Shown piece by piece: positions 1 through 22,100 of a DNA stretch of 64,000 nucleotides. The stretch covers positions 30,256,001 through 30,320,000 of the forward strand of contig NC_088797.1 in assembly GCF_011386835.1 (NCBI RefSeq). Direction: 5' to 3'. Origin of the DNA: Chrysemys picta bellii. Taxonomy: Eukaryota. Each line of letters opens with the position of its first letter. Positions within the stretch are counted from its first letter, which is position 1. The notes under the pieces were generated by a model that saw nothing but the letters and a program-made list of their open reading frames with translations, made no database searches and was not told the DNA's origin. The translations under genes and the position numbers were made by a program.

Positions 1-522
1 CGTCTCACAGGACCGCCCCTCCCCCCAAACAAAGGAATTCCTCAGAAAAGCACAGGGGGGGCCTGCTTGCCGTTCCCAGGAGTGGTGGGAGAAGAGGGGG
101 GCCTCCTGACAGCCCCACTCCATGTGTGGACAGGATTATAATTGTGGGCGGAGCCAAAGTCGAGCCTTGGGAGCCTGTTCTTTGACCCTAGTGGGAGGGG
201 AGGATTAACCCTTTATTTCCTCCCCACATCTCCCACCCTGACCCTGGAGTCAAACGCCAGACAGTAGGACATGCAACAAAGCTGTCAGCACTTCCCCTCC
301 TCCGTGTAGGACTCCATGGGTTGGGGGGCGGGGGGAGCGCCACCGTGTGGTTACATTCTTCAGGCCTGCTGAAATCATTCACCTCTGGGGTGGAGCACAC
401 AGTGCTTATAAAGCAGCAGCAGGGAGACCGGGACCCTTCCAGAGCCCTGGGATCGTAATGCCCCCTCCCTATAGGGATATGGGGTGCTTTGTACTCAATG
501 CTGGCCTCCCCCCTCTGCATAC

Positions 523-10643
<10,121 letters not shown>

Positions 10644-10789
10644 GGCCGCGCCGGGCCGGGATCTGCTCGGCTCGGCTCGGTTACATGGCCCGGGCCCGGC
10701 GCTTCCTGGTGCCGCCGCCGCCGCCTCCGGGCCTGACTCAGGCGGCAGGAATGTGACAGCGAGCGGGGAGCGGAGCGAAGCGCAGGGAC

Positions 10790-11900
10790 CGCCCCGGGGA
10801 GGGACCGACAGACCCCCCGCACCCCCGGGGGCCCCACGATCCCGCACCCCCGCCCGGGGAAGGAACAGATGGAACCCCCGGCACGCCATAGGACACCCAC
10901 CCCCCCATCCACACCATTCAGGAACCCCCCGGATCCCGCCCCAGGGAGGGACCGACAGACCCCCTGCACCCCCATAGGAATCCTGCATCCCCACCCCAGG
11001 GAGGGACCAACAGACCCCACCAGGTCCCTCACCCCAGACAGATCACCCCACAGATGACCCAGTGATGACCCCCCCATCCTGCCCCCCAGACACACCCCTC
11101 CACCAGGGACCCTCTGCACGGCCATAGGAAACCCCCATGGATCCTGCCCCAGGGAGGGACTGACAGGCCTCCCTGTCCTCCACCATTCTGGGGAGGGACA
11201 GACAGACCCCACACTTCCTGTGGACCTCCCAACCCCCATAGGGAACTCCTTGGTTCCCACACCCCCTGCCCCAGGAAGGTAGAGAGAGACCTCCTCACAC
11301 ATTCCCCCAGGGGCATGTTCCCTGCACACACACACACACACCAGGAAATCCCCCGGAATCCCACACCCCCTGTCCTGTCCTGGGGAGGGACCAACAGAGC
11401 CCCCCCCCAGGATCCAGTACCCTCCCATGGGTACCTCTGTACCCTCCCTAGGGGTCTCTTCCCCGGATCCCACACCGGAAAGCGATTGACAGACTCACAT
11501 CCCATAGGGAACTCCCCCCCCCCCGCCCAAGATCCCACACTCCCTGACCCAGGGAGGGACCCCCCCCCCAGGATCCCACACCCCCTATCCCAGGGAGGGA
11601 CCAACCACCCCCTGCACCCTCCCATGGGCATCCCCCATAGGGAAACCCCATAGGATTCTGCACTCTGCCATGGGGACCCCCCCGCTCCCCGTCAGGATTC
11701 CATACCCCTGCTCCAGGGAGGGATCAACTGACACCCCCCCCACTCCCTATAAGGAACCCCCCCCAGGATCCTGCACCCCCTGCCCTGGGGAGGGACTGAC
11801 AGACCCTCACCTTCACCCTCCATAGGGAACCCCCCCCGATCCCAAACCCCCTGACCAAGGGCAGAACCAACAGACTCCCCCAAGGTCCACACACACCTCC
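10790..11900. repeat. Degenerate tandem repeat upstream of RPS6KA4
   Basis: CCCAGGGAGGGACCRACAGACCCC and GATCCC(A/G)CACCCCC motifs recur about 10 times. Confidence 0.75.
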
Positions 11901-12049
11901 CTGAGGACCCTCCTGCACCCCACTCCCATGGACAAACCTGAAAAGGTCAGGATCCCACAGTGAGCTGAGCTCCCCTGCAAACTTGGATTCCCCCACCTGC
12001 CTGCCCCATGGATGGAGGGATTCAGGTGGGGGTGGAGGTGTGGAACAGA

Positions 12050-12640
12050 GAGTGTGTGTGTGTAGAGCAGGGAGAGTGCAGTGGGGAGGTGGGGGAGGTA
12101 ATGCAGAGCAGGGGGTGCAGTGGGGAGGTGGTGCAGAGCAGGGGGTGCAGTGGGGAGGTGGTGCAGAGCAGGGGGTGCAGTGGGGAGGTGGTGCAGAGCA
12201 GGGGATGCAAAGGGAAGGTGGGAGGATGCAGTGGGGAGGTTGTGCAGAGCAGTGGGTGCAGTGGGGAGGTTGTGCAGAGCAGGGAGTGGGAGGATACAGT
12301 GGGGAGGTTGTGGAGAGCAGGGGGTGCAGTGGGGAGGGGGTGCAGAGTGGGGAGGGGGTGCAGAGCAGGGGATGCAAAGGGAAGGTGGGAGGATGCATTG
12401 GGGAGTTGGTGCAGAGTGGGGGATGCAGTGGGGAGGTTGTGCAGAGCAGGGAGTGGGAGGATACAATGGGGAGGATGTGGAGAGCAGGGGGTGCAGTGAG
12501 GAGGTGGTGCAGAGCAGGGGGTGCAATGCGGAGGGGGTGCAGTGGAGAGGGGCTGCAGAGTGGGGGATACAGTGGGGAGGTGGGAAGATGCAATGGGGAG
12601 GCGGTGCAGAGCGGGGGGTGCAGAGGGGAGGTGCAGAGAT
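12050..12640. repeat. 30-bp G-rich minisatellite
   Basis: Unit GTGCAGTGGGGAGGTGGTGCAGAGCAGGGG, near-perfect copies at 12115-12200, degenerating outward. Confidence 0.9.
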
Positions 12641-12908
12641 GAAGGGGGCAGAAAGGGCTCCTGGATTGCGGTTGTGAAAGTGGTGTAACCATGAGAGCGG
12701 AAGGAACTGATGATGCAAGAGTGATGGGGGCGCGGGCTGGGAGGAAACCCCCTTCCTTCCCAACGGTTTCTGGGGGGGAGCAGGGGAGGAGCAGAACGGG
12801 AGAGGCAGTGGAGAGGGGCAAGGGGAGGAAATGGAGGGGGGATGGGGGCGAGTGAAGGGGTGGGGCGGTGTGGAATGACAACAGCAGAGGGGATGATAAA
12901 TAATACAT

Positions 12909-12914
12909 TTTATT
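12909..12914 (-). terminator. Polyadenylation signal (AATAAA) of CCDC88B
   Basis: Plus-strand tttatt in an AT-rich patch about 230 nt after the stop at 13142. Confidence 0.7.
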
Positions 12915-13141
12915 TCTAATAAATTATAGAAATACAATACAAATCCTGAGCCCCGCCCCAGTGTCAGGGCAGGACTCGTCCCGGGGGGTGGGAGGGATCC
13001 GGGGCTGAGATGGGGGGGGCAGAGCCAATTCTCTGGGCCCCTGGCATGTGGCTGGAGGATCCTGGGAGCTGGGGCTGTAGCAGGACCCCTTCCTGGTTCA
13101 GTTCCCTGCGTCGCTGCCATCTGGGCGGGGCTGAGCTGGGC

Positions 13142-16100
13142 TCACTGACTGAGCTGGGGCGTGAGCGGTGCCTTCTCCTTCCCTTGCGGTAGCCCTGGGC
13201 AGAGACAGAACCCCCAGTTACAGCTGCCCCAAGCCCCCAGTCAATCTCAGCTCTCTGGATCCCCTGCCGTGCTCCAACTGGAAGCCCCCCACTCCAGAGG
13301 GGATCTCCTCCCTGACCCCCACTCTTCCTCCCCCTCTCTTCTGGTTGTTGGGGGAGAATCTCTCTCTCTGCCCCCCCCCGGGGATGACACCCCCAATGTC
13401 CCCTCATATCCAAAGATGATGCCCCCCAGCCCCTGCCCCCCCATCCAGGGATGACACCTCCCCAGTCCCTGACACCTCACCTCCCTCCTCGCTGCCAGCA
13501 CTGGGGAGTCTCTGCCCCTCCTGGGCCTCCCAGGGGGCAGCGGCCTCCTCGCGGGAGCCCCCCAGGAAGGCAAGGGGGCGCTGGCGCTGGCGGAAGCGCT
13601 GCCGGGGGGTGGCGTCCCCAGGCCCGAAGGACTCGCTGACCAGGACGCGGGAGCTCAGCTTGCGCCGGTTTAGCCGCAGGTGCACCCGCTGGGCGTCGGG
13701 CAGGCTCAGCACGCTGCTGGCCTTGCGCAGGGGCACAGGCGAGGCAGGGGCACTGGAGTCTGTGGGAGAAGCAGGGGTTAGTGGGGCAGGGGATGGTGAG
13801 TCCTGCGTGGGAGCACCTTGCACTGCCATCCCAGATGCCTGGGTCCCATCCCCTGTCCTGATCTCTCCTCCCCACACCCCACAAGGTGGAGGGTCCCAGA
13901 CACTCACCCCCATCAGGTGCGCGCCCATCCTGCCCAAGTCCTGGCAGGTTCTCAATGCTATTGGCCCCCTGCGCCAGGGGGCGCTGCTGTTCCCGGGAGG
14001 GCTCACGCCGCGGCTTCATCAGCTTCTTCATCTTGTCCGCGATCCAGTTGCTGCTCTTCCTGCGGGGTGGAGGAAGAGAGAGGGTCACATGCTTCCTGAC
14101 AGGAGTTGGGGGGCCTAGGCCAGCCCCCCTCAAGCATCCTGGGGGATTCCACCCCCTCAACACTGACCCATGCAGGGGCACTCAGGTAAACTGTCAGGGA
14201 GGGTCCCTGGTTCAGGCTGGCCCTGGGGGTCCTAGGCTCTGGGGGGTGTATCCGTAGTTTGAGGAAAAAGGGGGGTCCCCTGGCTCAGGCCAGCTTTGGA
14301 GGGTTGGTGGCTCAGTCTGTTTCAGAGGATGGGGGGCCCAGGGTGGCAGAGAAGGGTCCCTGGCTGAGGGGGCAGGTGTGGAAGTCCATGGCAGTGGGAG
14401 GGTCCATGGCTGGGGCTGGCCCCTGGGGGGTCCGTAGCTGGGGCCAGCCCGGGGGGGGGGGCACACTCACTTGCTCTTAGGCAGCGCTGGCTCCAGCACT
14501 CGGTACTGGTCCATTATCTTCTCCACCAGCTTCTGTTTCTCCCGGCGCAGCTCATTCAGCTTATCCCTGGGGGGTGAGCACAGGGCAGCGTCTGAATCTG
14601 GGGGTGAGCTCCCTGCCCGCTGTAGTCCCCAGCCAGACTGCCCTGCGCCCCCAACACCCCCCAGACAGCCTCACCAATCTGCCCCCTCCCTGCACACCTC
14701 CCCCACTGGCCCGAGGGAGGCACTCACAGGTGCTGGCGCTGCTCCGAATGGTACTGCTCCCGGCTCTCCATGCTGCGCTCCAGCAGGCTGCGGTTCTCCT
14801 GGCTCAGTTTCTGGATCTCCTGCAGCAGGTGTCGGTTCTCCTCCTCCTGGTTCCCCTTCAGCTGGGCCAGGAGCTGGGAGGCAGCAGAGCTACTGATAGG
14901 ACAGGCCATGCCCCTCTGGGCTCCCCCTCACAGAGGGAGGGGGGCTGGAGGTGCAGAATGGGGAAAGCACTCTCTGATCAGGGGGTTCAGCAGGGAGGAC
15001 CAGCTCCCATTGTTTGCTTGGAGCAGGGGGAGCTGGGCTGTGGGTGGTGTGACAGAGTGCAAATTGGATGAATAGTGGGCTCCCCTATGTAGTGCCTGGT
15101 TAACTACGTGGAAGGAAAAGATGGTTTACCCCTTGCAGAGACCCAGAGACGCAGGCGTCTCTGATGCCTGGGGTCTGGGCCCAATGCCCATGGAGAGTCC
15201 CAGAAGACAAAGGCCAGTCCAATTACCAGGACATTTGGCATCTGGCAACTAACGAACATGGATGCCCCCCCTCCTTAGGGAGCCAGCCAGGTGTGACCAG
15301 CTGGAGGACAAAGGGCTGAGGAGGAGGGCCAGATGACAATGGTTGCCAGGAACAGGACAAAGGATTGGGGAGGGGCCAGGTGGGGTTAAGTGTGGGTGAC
15401 TGGGACTAAAGGGCGGGGTCAGGGGGCTCTGGACAGACCCAGAAGGACTTCGCTGTAACTTTCCCTTCTCTGTGTTAATGAAGGACTTTCTAGACTGTCT
15501 TCCAGACATCTAATAAACCCCCCTGCTGTGACAGCGCTGGCTGAGTCGCTCCAGTTTAAGGAAATCGGGGGGTGCTGCTCCCTTTGGGTGTGTCAGTCTC
15601 CCTCAGGTGTCCAGTTCAGGTGGACTCGCTGAGGGGAGATCGCGGCGTGACCCAGGGGTGCTGAAGGCTCTGAGGTTCGACCCAGGAGGTGGTGAAGCCA
15701 AGAGGCCTGCCCTAGCGAGAGTGTGAGCCTCGGGGGCTGACACACTGAAGGGGTCCTCCCAGAGACTGCTCCAGAGCGCTGGAGCTGTGGATCTAGAGCA
15801 GGTGGCTACCGGGTGGGGGCTGGCGGTATCGGGGGTCTGCATGGGTCTCCAACAAAGGGCGCAGTGGGGGAGAGCTGGGCCGGGAAGAGAAAGGTATCGG
15901 GCACTGTGCGTGTTCTTGGTGGGGTCAGACTGGGGGGCAGGATTGGGGGAAGTCAGGGGTTGCACATCTTGCACTGGTCTCTGGGTAGGATACAATGGGG
16001 GATTCAGGCTGGGGGAATGGGGCTGGAGGGTACCAAAGGTGGAATTGGGGGTAGTGGGTTGCGTACCTCGCTCTGCTCCCCAGTATGCCATGGGGGGGTC

Positions 16101-19100
16101 AGGCTGGAGGGCAGGGGTACCGCAGGCAGGGCTAGGGGTTGTACACCTCGCTCTGCCCCCAATAGGGATGCCATGGGGGGTTCAGGCTGGGGGGCAGGGG
16201 TACCGCAGGCAGCATTAGGGGGTTGCACACCTCACTCTGGTCTTTGGGGGGGACACACAGGGGGGGGTTCAGGCTGGGGTGGGACTAGGGGGTACCAAGG
16301 GTTGCACACCTCACACTGGTCTCCGATCCGGCCCAGCGCCACCTCCAGCTGGTGGTTCTGCTCCCGCAGGGCGGTGCCCTCAGCCTCCAGCCGTGCCTGC
16401 TCCAGCTGCAGTCCCGTCAGCCGGCCTCGCAGGCCCCGCAGCTCCCCTTGCTGCTCCTCCTGCGCTCTCTCAGCCGCAGCCAGTGCCACCTGCACCCTGC
16501 GCGGGGCGAGGGGTCAATGGGGGACTACGAGTGGACACCCACGCACTGACCCCGATGCTGGCCCCCATCTCCCACAACCTACAGACTTCCCACTACCCCC
16601 ACATCCCAGTCCCTCCCCCTGCCCCCATATGCTAGGGACCCCTCCCGCATTCCATCTCACCACCTGCCCTAACCTGCAGGCCCCCCCACCTCCCATATCC
16701 CGGGGTCCCCCCCCCGGTTACCGTGCATGCTCGTCCTGCAGCCGGGCGTGCTGCTCCCCCAGCTGCCGGTGTTCCCGCTCAGCCCCCTCCAGCCGCTCCC
16801 GCTCCCCCCGCAGGGCTGCCTCCCGCTGCTCCAGCCCGGCCTGCTGTGCCACCAGATGGCTGTGCCTGGAGGGGGAGAGAAAGGGGTGAGAGACCCCACA
16901 GGACCCCCAGGAGGTTGCCCCACTGACCCCTGCTCCTCCCCCATGCTTACCTGCCCTGCAGCCCTGCCCAGTGTCCCCTCCACAGTCACCTGCCCTGCTG
17001 TGCCCCACGTTCGCTTACCCCCACAGAATGCCCCCCATGACATCCTAGGGTCACCTGCCCTGCAGCTCCCCGTGCCCCCTCCCGCTCTGACATTTTCCTA
17101 GTAGTTAGGTCGATCTAATTTTTAAGTGTAGAGCAGCCCTGAGTCCAAAACTCCTGGGTGGGTTCCCAGCCCCTTTGGCGTTAGATGAGGGACCCGTGCT
17201 GAGCTCCCCTGACAGTTACGTAATTCACACCCAGTCGCAGTCACCAGTGCTTCTCAGCAGCTAATCCACCCAAGGAATCCTGGGCTTCCTCCCCATGCTG
17301 AGAGGTGAGGGCCAGGCCAGGCTGTTCCCAGGCTCTTGGCTTCCCCATCTTATGAGGGACTCTGTAATGCTGGATTCCAGGGGATTAATAAACCCCGGCT
17401 TGCTTGGAACAGGCTGGGCTGGGTCGCTGCAGATCCCTCCTGAGTGCCTGGTTCCCTGGCGGGGTAAAGCTCCTCGGAACTCAGTGGGACTGGCTGGAGA
17501 GCCACAGAGGTGCTGGAGCCGGGAGACCCAGCCCTGGGCATATAGAGCTGTGGACTCGGCCTGGTGAAATGCTAAGCCCAGGATCTGGCACATAACAGAG
17601 CTCCTCCCAGAGGGACCGTAGATAGGCTGTGGGACCAGACCCCTGGAGATCCAAGACACCTCCCATAGGGTTAACTGGCCTGCTGCCCCCTTGTGCCCTC
17701 TCAGCCATTCCTCCCCAGGCTTTCCTGGCCCTGCAGCTCCCCTTGCCCCTGGGGTTACCTGGCCTGTCACAGCCACGTGCCCCCAACCCCTGCCCTGGGG
17801 GGTTCCCTGGCCTGGTGCCCCCCAGCCTCCTCCAGTTACCTGTCCTGGAGCTCTCGGTGCTCCTGCTCCAGTGCCCGCAGTGCCCCCTTGAGGCCGGCCT
17901 GCTTGCCCAGCAGCCCCTCCAGCTCAGCACCCTGGCGCTCGTGCAGCAGTGCCAGCTTGTCATGGTTGCGCACCAGCCCTTCGTGGCGCCCGCGCCACTC
18001 ATCCCGCTCCTGCCGGGCCACCCGCACCTCAGCCTCCAGCCCTGCCAGTCGCTCCCGCAGCTCCGACGCCCGGGCCTCCAGTGCTGCCTTCTGGGAAAGC
18101 AACGCCGCCTGCTCCACCTGCCAGGGAGGGGGCAACGAGAGACACGGGGCAGGGGAGGGACAAGGGAGATCATGCAGGGGAGCAAGAACCACAGGGGAGT
18201 GGGAGTCAATGTCTCACCTGGAGGGTCCTGCACTGGATCTGGGGTGGGGCAGGAAGGTTTCGGGGAGCAAGGGGCATCCAGCGGACGCAGTGTCTGACCT
18301 GGGGCTCCACACTGGGCCTGCTTGTGGGGCAGTGGCGTTTGGGGGTTAGTATCTTACCTGGAGGGTCCCGCACTGAATCTGGGGGTAAGGGGAGTGGGGG
18401 GGCAGGGGAATTCAGAGGGCTGGTGTCTCCCCCGGCACCTGGCTAAAGGAGAGAAGGTGATGGGCTGTGCAGAAGGCTGAGCTCTAGACTGGAGGGAAGT
18501 TGCCAGGGGATCAAGGATCAATCTTGGGCCTGATCCCATTTAATATTTTCATTAATGTGAATGAAGTCTGCTGAGGACACAGACTTGGGAGCGGAATATT
18601 ACACAGAAAGAACTGGATAAATCTTGGGGGCCGGAGTGATAGACATGGGATGAAATTGTGTAAAGTGCAAGATCATGCCACTAGGGTCTAATACAGGGGT
18701 AGGCAACCTATGGCACGTGTCCCGAAGGCGGCACGCGAGCTGACTTTCAGTGGCACTCACACTGCCCGGGTCCTGGCCACTGATCTGGAGGGGCTCTGCA
18801 TTTTAATTTAATTTTAAATGAAGCTTCTTAAACATTTTAAAAACCTTATTTACTTTACATACAACAATAGTTTAGTTATATATTATAGACTTATAGAAAG
18901 AGACTTTCTAAAAACGTTAAAATGTATTACTGGCACGCGAAACCTTAAATTCGAGTGAATAAATGAAGACTCGGCACACCACTTCTGAAAGGTTGCCGAC
19001 CCCTGGTCTAATATTTCCTCTAGCCTGGGGGCTCATCTCCTGAAAGCAACAGAGGGCAAGAGAAGCCCCAGGGTTTGGGTTGATCGCAGGATGCCATTAG

Positions 19101-22100
19101 CCACCTTTGTGAGGTGGCCACAAAAAAGGCCAATGCGATCCTAGGCTGGATCCGGTGAGGGATTTCCAGTGGCGATAGGGAAGCATTAATGCCCCTGGCT
19201 GAGGTACTGGGAAGAGCTCAGCAGGAACACTGTGCGCAGTTCTGGTCACCCATGTTCAGGAACAAGGGATCCAAACTGGCCCAGTACAGAGAAGGGCTCC
19301 CAGGCTGATCAGGGGAGAGGAGAACTGATCTTAGGAGAGGAGACTGAGCGAGCTGGGCCTGTTTAGCCTGGCCGGGCGAAGGCTGAGAGGGGATCTGGTT
19401 GCTCTCTATAAATACACCAGGGGGTTTAGCCCCAGGGAGGGAGAAGAGCTACTGAAGCTAAAGGAGAACGTTGGCACAGGAACAAATGGGGACAAACTGG
19501 CCAGGAATCAAAGGAGACCTGGTCTACACAGAAAAGTTCTATCAACATCAGTCAGATGTGACACACACACCCCCAGTGCAGACAGCACTGGGGACAGAAG
19601 AGGGCTTCCATCAACACAACTCCCGTCGTTTGGGGAGGCGGTGTTCCTCCTCCGACTGAAAGCCCCTTCTGTCGATGCAGACTGAGTGTACCCTAGGGGG
19701 CTGTGCCGGCAGAGCTATGCCAGGATAGCCTGAGGTACAGCCATACCTGGAGGCGGGCAATGAGAAGGTTTCTTCCCATCAGAGGAGGGAGGTTCTAGAA
19801 CAGCCTCCCTATAGGAACTGTGGGGGCAAAACACCCAGCTAGTCTTAAGATAGAGTTTGATACATTTGTGACTCGGATTACATGATGGGGTTGTTTATGG
19901 CAGAGGGGGGCAGGGCTCGGCAGCCCTGGGGGTCCCTCCTGGTTTATGTCTTATGTTCCTAATTATGCTTTGGGGCTTTAGCCGGCCACCTGCAGGGTCA
20001 GGAAGGTTCTTTTTTTCACCAAAACTAATTCGGGGTTTGGTTGTTGTTTTTTTCATTATCCTCTGAAATATCAGAGATCGGCCACAGCTGGAGACGGGAC
20101 ACCAGGCAGGGTGGGCCAAGTTCTGAGCTGGTCCAAAGAAGCTTTTCTCTAGCTGCCTGGCTGGTGGGTCTTGCTCAGATGCTCAGGGTCCAGCTGATCA
20201 CCGGGCTGGGGGATGGGAAGGAATTTCCCCCAGGTCAGATTGGCAGGGACCTTGGGGGTTTTCACCTTTCTTGGCAGCATGGGACAAGGGTCGCCTGCAG
20301 GGATACACTGGGCATGGCTCATCGCAGCGATTCCCTGCCAGAGCAGAGGCCTCGGGTATTGGGGGCCCCTCAGCTCCCTTGTTCTCTGCCTGGGACTCAC
20401 AACAGGCAGGGCTCCTAAGGGCTCTGGTTGGGTTTATTTGGGGTGACTTGTCAGACTAAACGATCTGGGGGTCCCTTCTGGCCTTAAACTCTGTCTCACT
20501 TGGAGGGCCCCACACTGGGCTCTGTGAGGACAATGCAGGGTTGGGAGATTCAGACAGGCTGTCTCACTTGGAGGGCCCCACACTGGGCTGTGTGAGGACA
20601 AGGTGGGGTTGGGAGGTTCAGATAGGCTGTCTCACTTGGAGGGCCCCACACTGGGCTGTGTGAGGACAAGGTGGGGTTGGGAGGTTCAGACAGGCTGTCT
20701 CACTTGGAGCACCCCACACTGGGCTGTGTGAGGACAAGGTGGGGTTGGGAGGTTCAGACAGGCTGTCTCACCTGGAGAGCCCCACACTGGGCTGTGTGAG
20801 GACAAGGTGGGGTTGGGAGGTTCAGACAGGCTGTCTCACCTGGAGAGCCCCACACTGGGCCTGCAGTCGCCCACTCTCCTCCCGCAGGCCTCCGCTCTGC
20901 CCCTGCAGGCTCAGCAGCTCCCCCTGCAGGGCGCCCAGCTGCGACTCCAGCTGCCCCAGCCGCCCCATCAGAGCCTCTTTCTCTGCCAGCAGTGCCGCGT
21001 TCTGTGGGGGGAGCATCAGCAAGTGATGGGGGGATCCCCAGCTCCCCCGAGGGGCCTCCAGCTCCACAATCTCTGCCCCTGCTGAGGGGAGGGGACGGGA
21101 ATCCCTAACCCCACAGAGTCCACTGAGGGGCACAGCCCCTTCCCTCCATCCCCCACCCCTGCCCCCAGACTCCCTGAGGGGCCTCCCATCTTAGCCCCCC
21201 TCCCTGCCTCACCCCAAGGGCAGAGGGAACCAAACCCCCAGAGGGCACCAGATTCCAGTCCCCATCCTGCCTCACCCCAAAGGAAAGGCCCCCCAATACA
21301 CCCCGCGTCCTGGACTTACGCTGCGCTCCACCTCGATGAGATGCTTGCTCAGGGTGTCGCTCTCCGGCTCAGCCCGAAGCCCCAGCGCCGGCTCGGGGTT
21401 CCCCTGGCCCTGCTCCACAGCCCCTGGCGCTTCGGGTAGGGGGGCCCCAGGGCTGCTCTTCACCTGGACATGGAGAACAAGGAAGGGGGTGAAAGGGAGG
21501 GAGTCCACTACTACTGCAACCCCGGCCTCTCCCAGCAGAGGGCGCTGGGGGTGGTGTCTCACCTGGCGCAGCTCTTTCCCCAGGTGCTGATTGAGGACGA
21601 GCAGTTCCTCCACCTGGCTGCGGAGGGCGCCGATCTTCTCCTCCTTCAGAGCCAGCATCTCTCTGAAAGACAACTCCAGCCGCTGTTCCAGGCTCTGGTA
21701 TTGGCTAGGGCGAGAGGGGGGCACGTTACACCCAGGAGCCCCTGGAAACTGCCCTAGCCCCTCCCTGCGATCCCTGCCCCCCAGCCTCCCCCGTGACCAG
21801 CTGCCCCCCTCCCTGCGATCCCTGCCCCCCAGCCTCCCCCGTGACCAGCTGCCCCCTCTCTCAGATCCCTGCCTCCCATCCCCCATGACCAGACACCCTT
21901 CCTTAAGATCCTTTCCACCAGTCCCTCCTGTCCAGATCCTCTGCCCCCCATACAGCTCCCCAGCCGCCCAGATCCTTGTCCCCCAAACCCTACCAGTCTA
22001 TCCCCCAAGACACCTATTCCCCCTCTCCTCTCCATCCCCCCAAGATCCCTGCCCTCCCACCCAGTATACCCCAAGTGTGGGTATGGCCTCCTGCAGATGC

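Noticed and set aside
13200-13345. Possible extra CCDC88B exon before the last exon
   Set aside because: Available donor is phase 0 while the last exon needs phase 1; the 27-exon model is already in frame.
12964-13413. 149-aa ORF over the CCDC88B 3' end
   Set aside because: Alternative frame through intron and 3' UTR; the spliced frame ending PLTPQLSQ* matches the family.
20491-20860. Regular direct-repeat array resembling CRISPR (also 27030-27240, 5290-6020)
   Set aside because: Head-to-tail tandem units with no unique spacers, no cas genes, and a vertebrate intron context.
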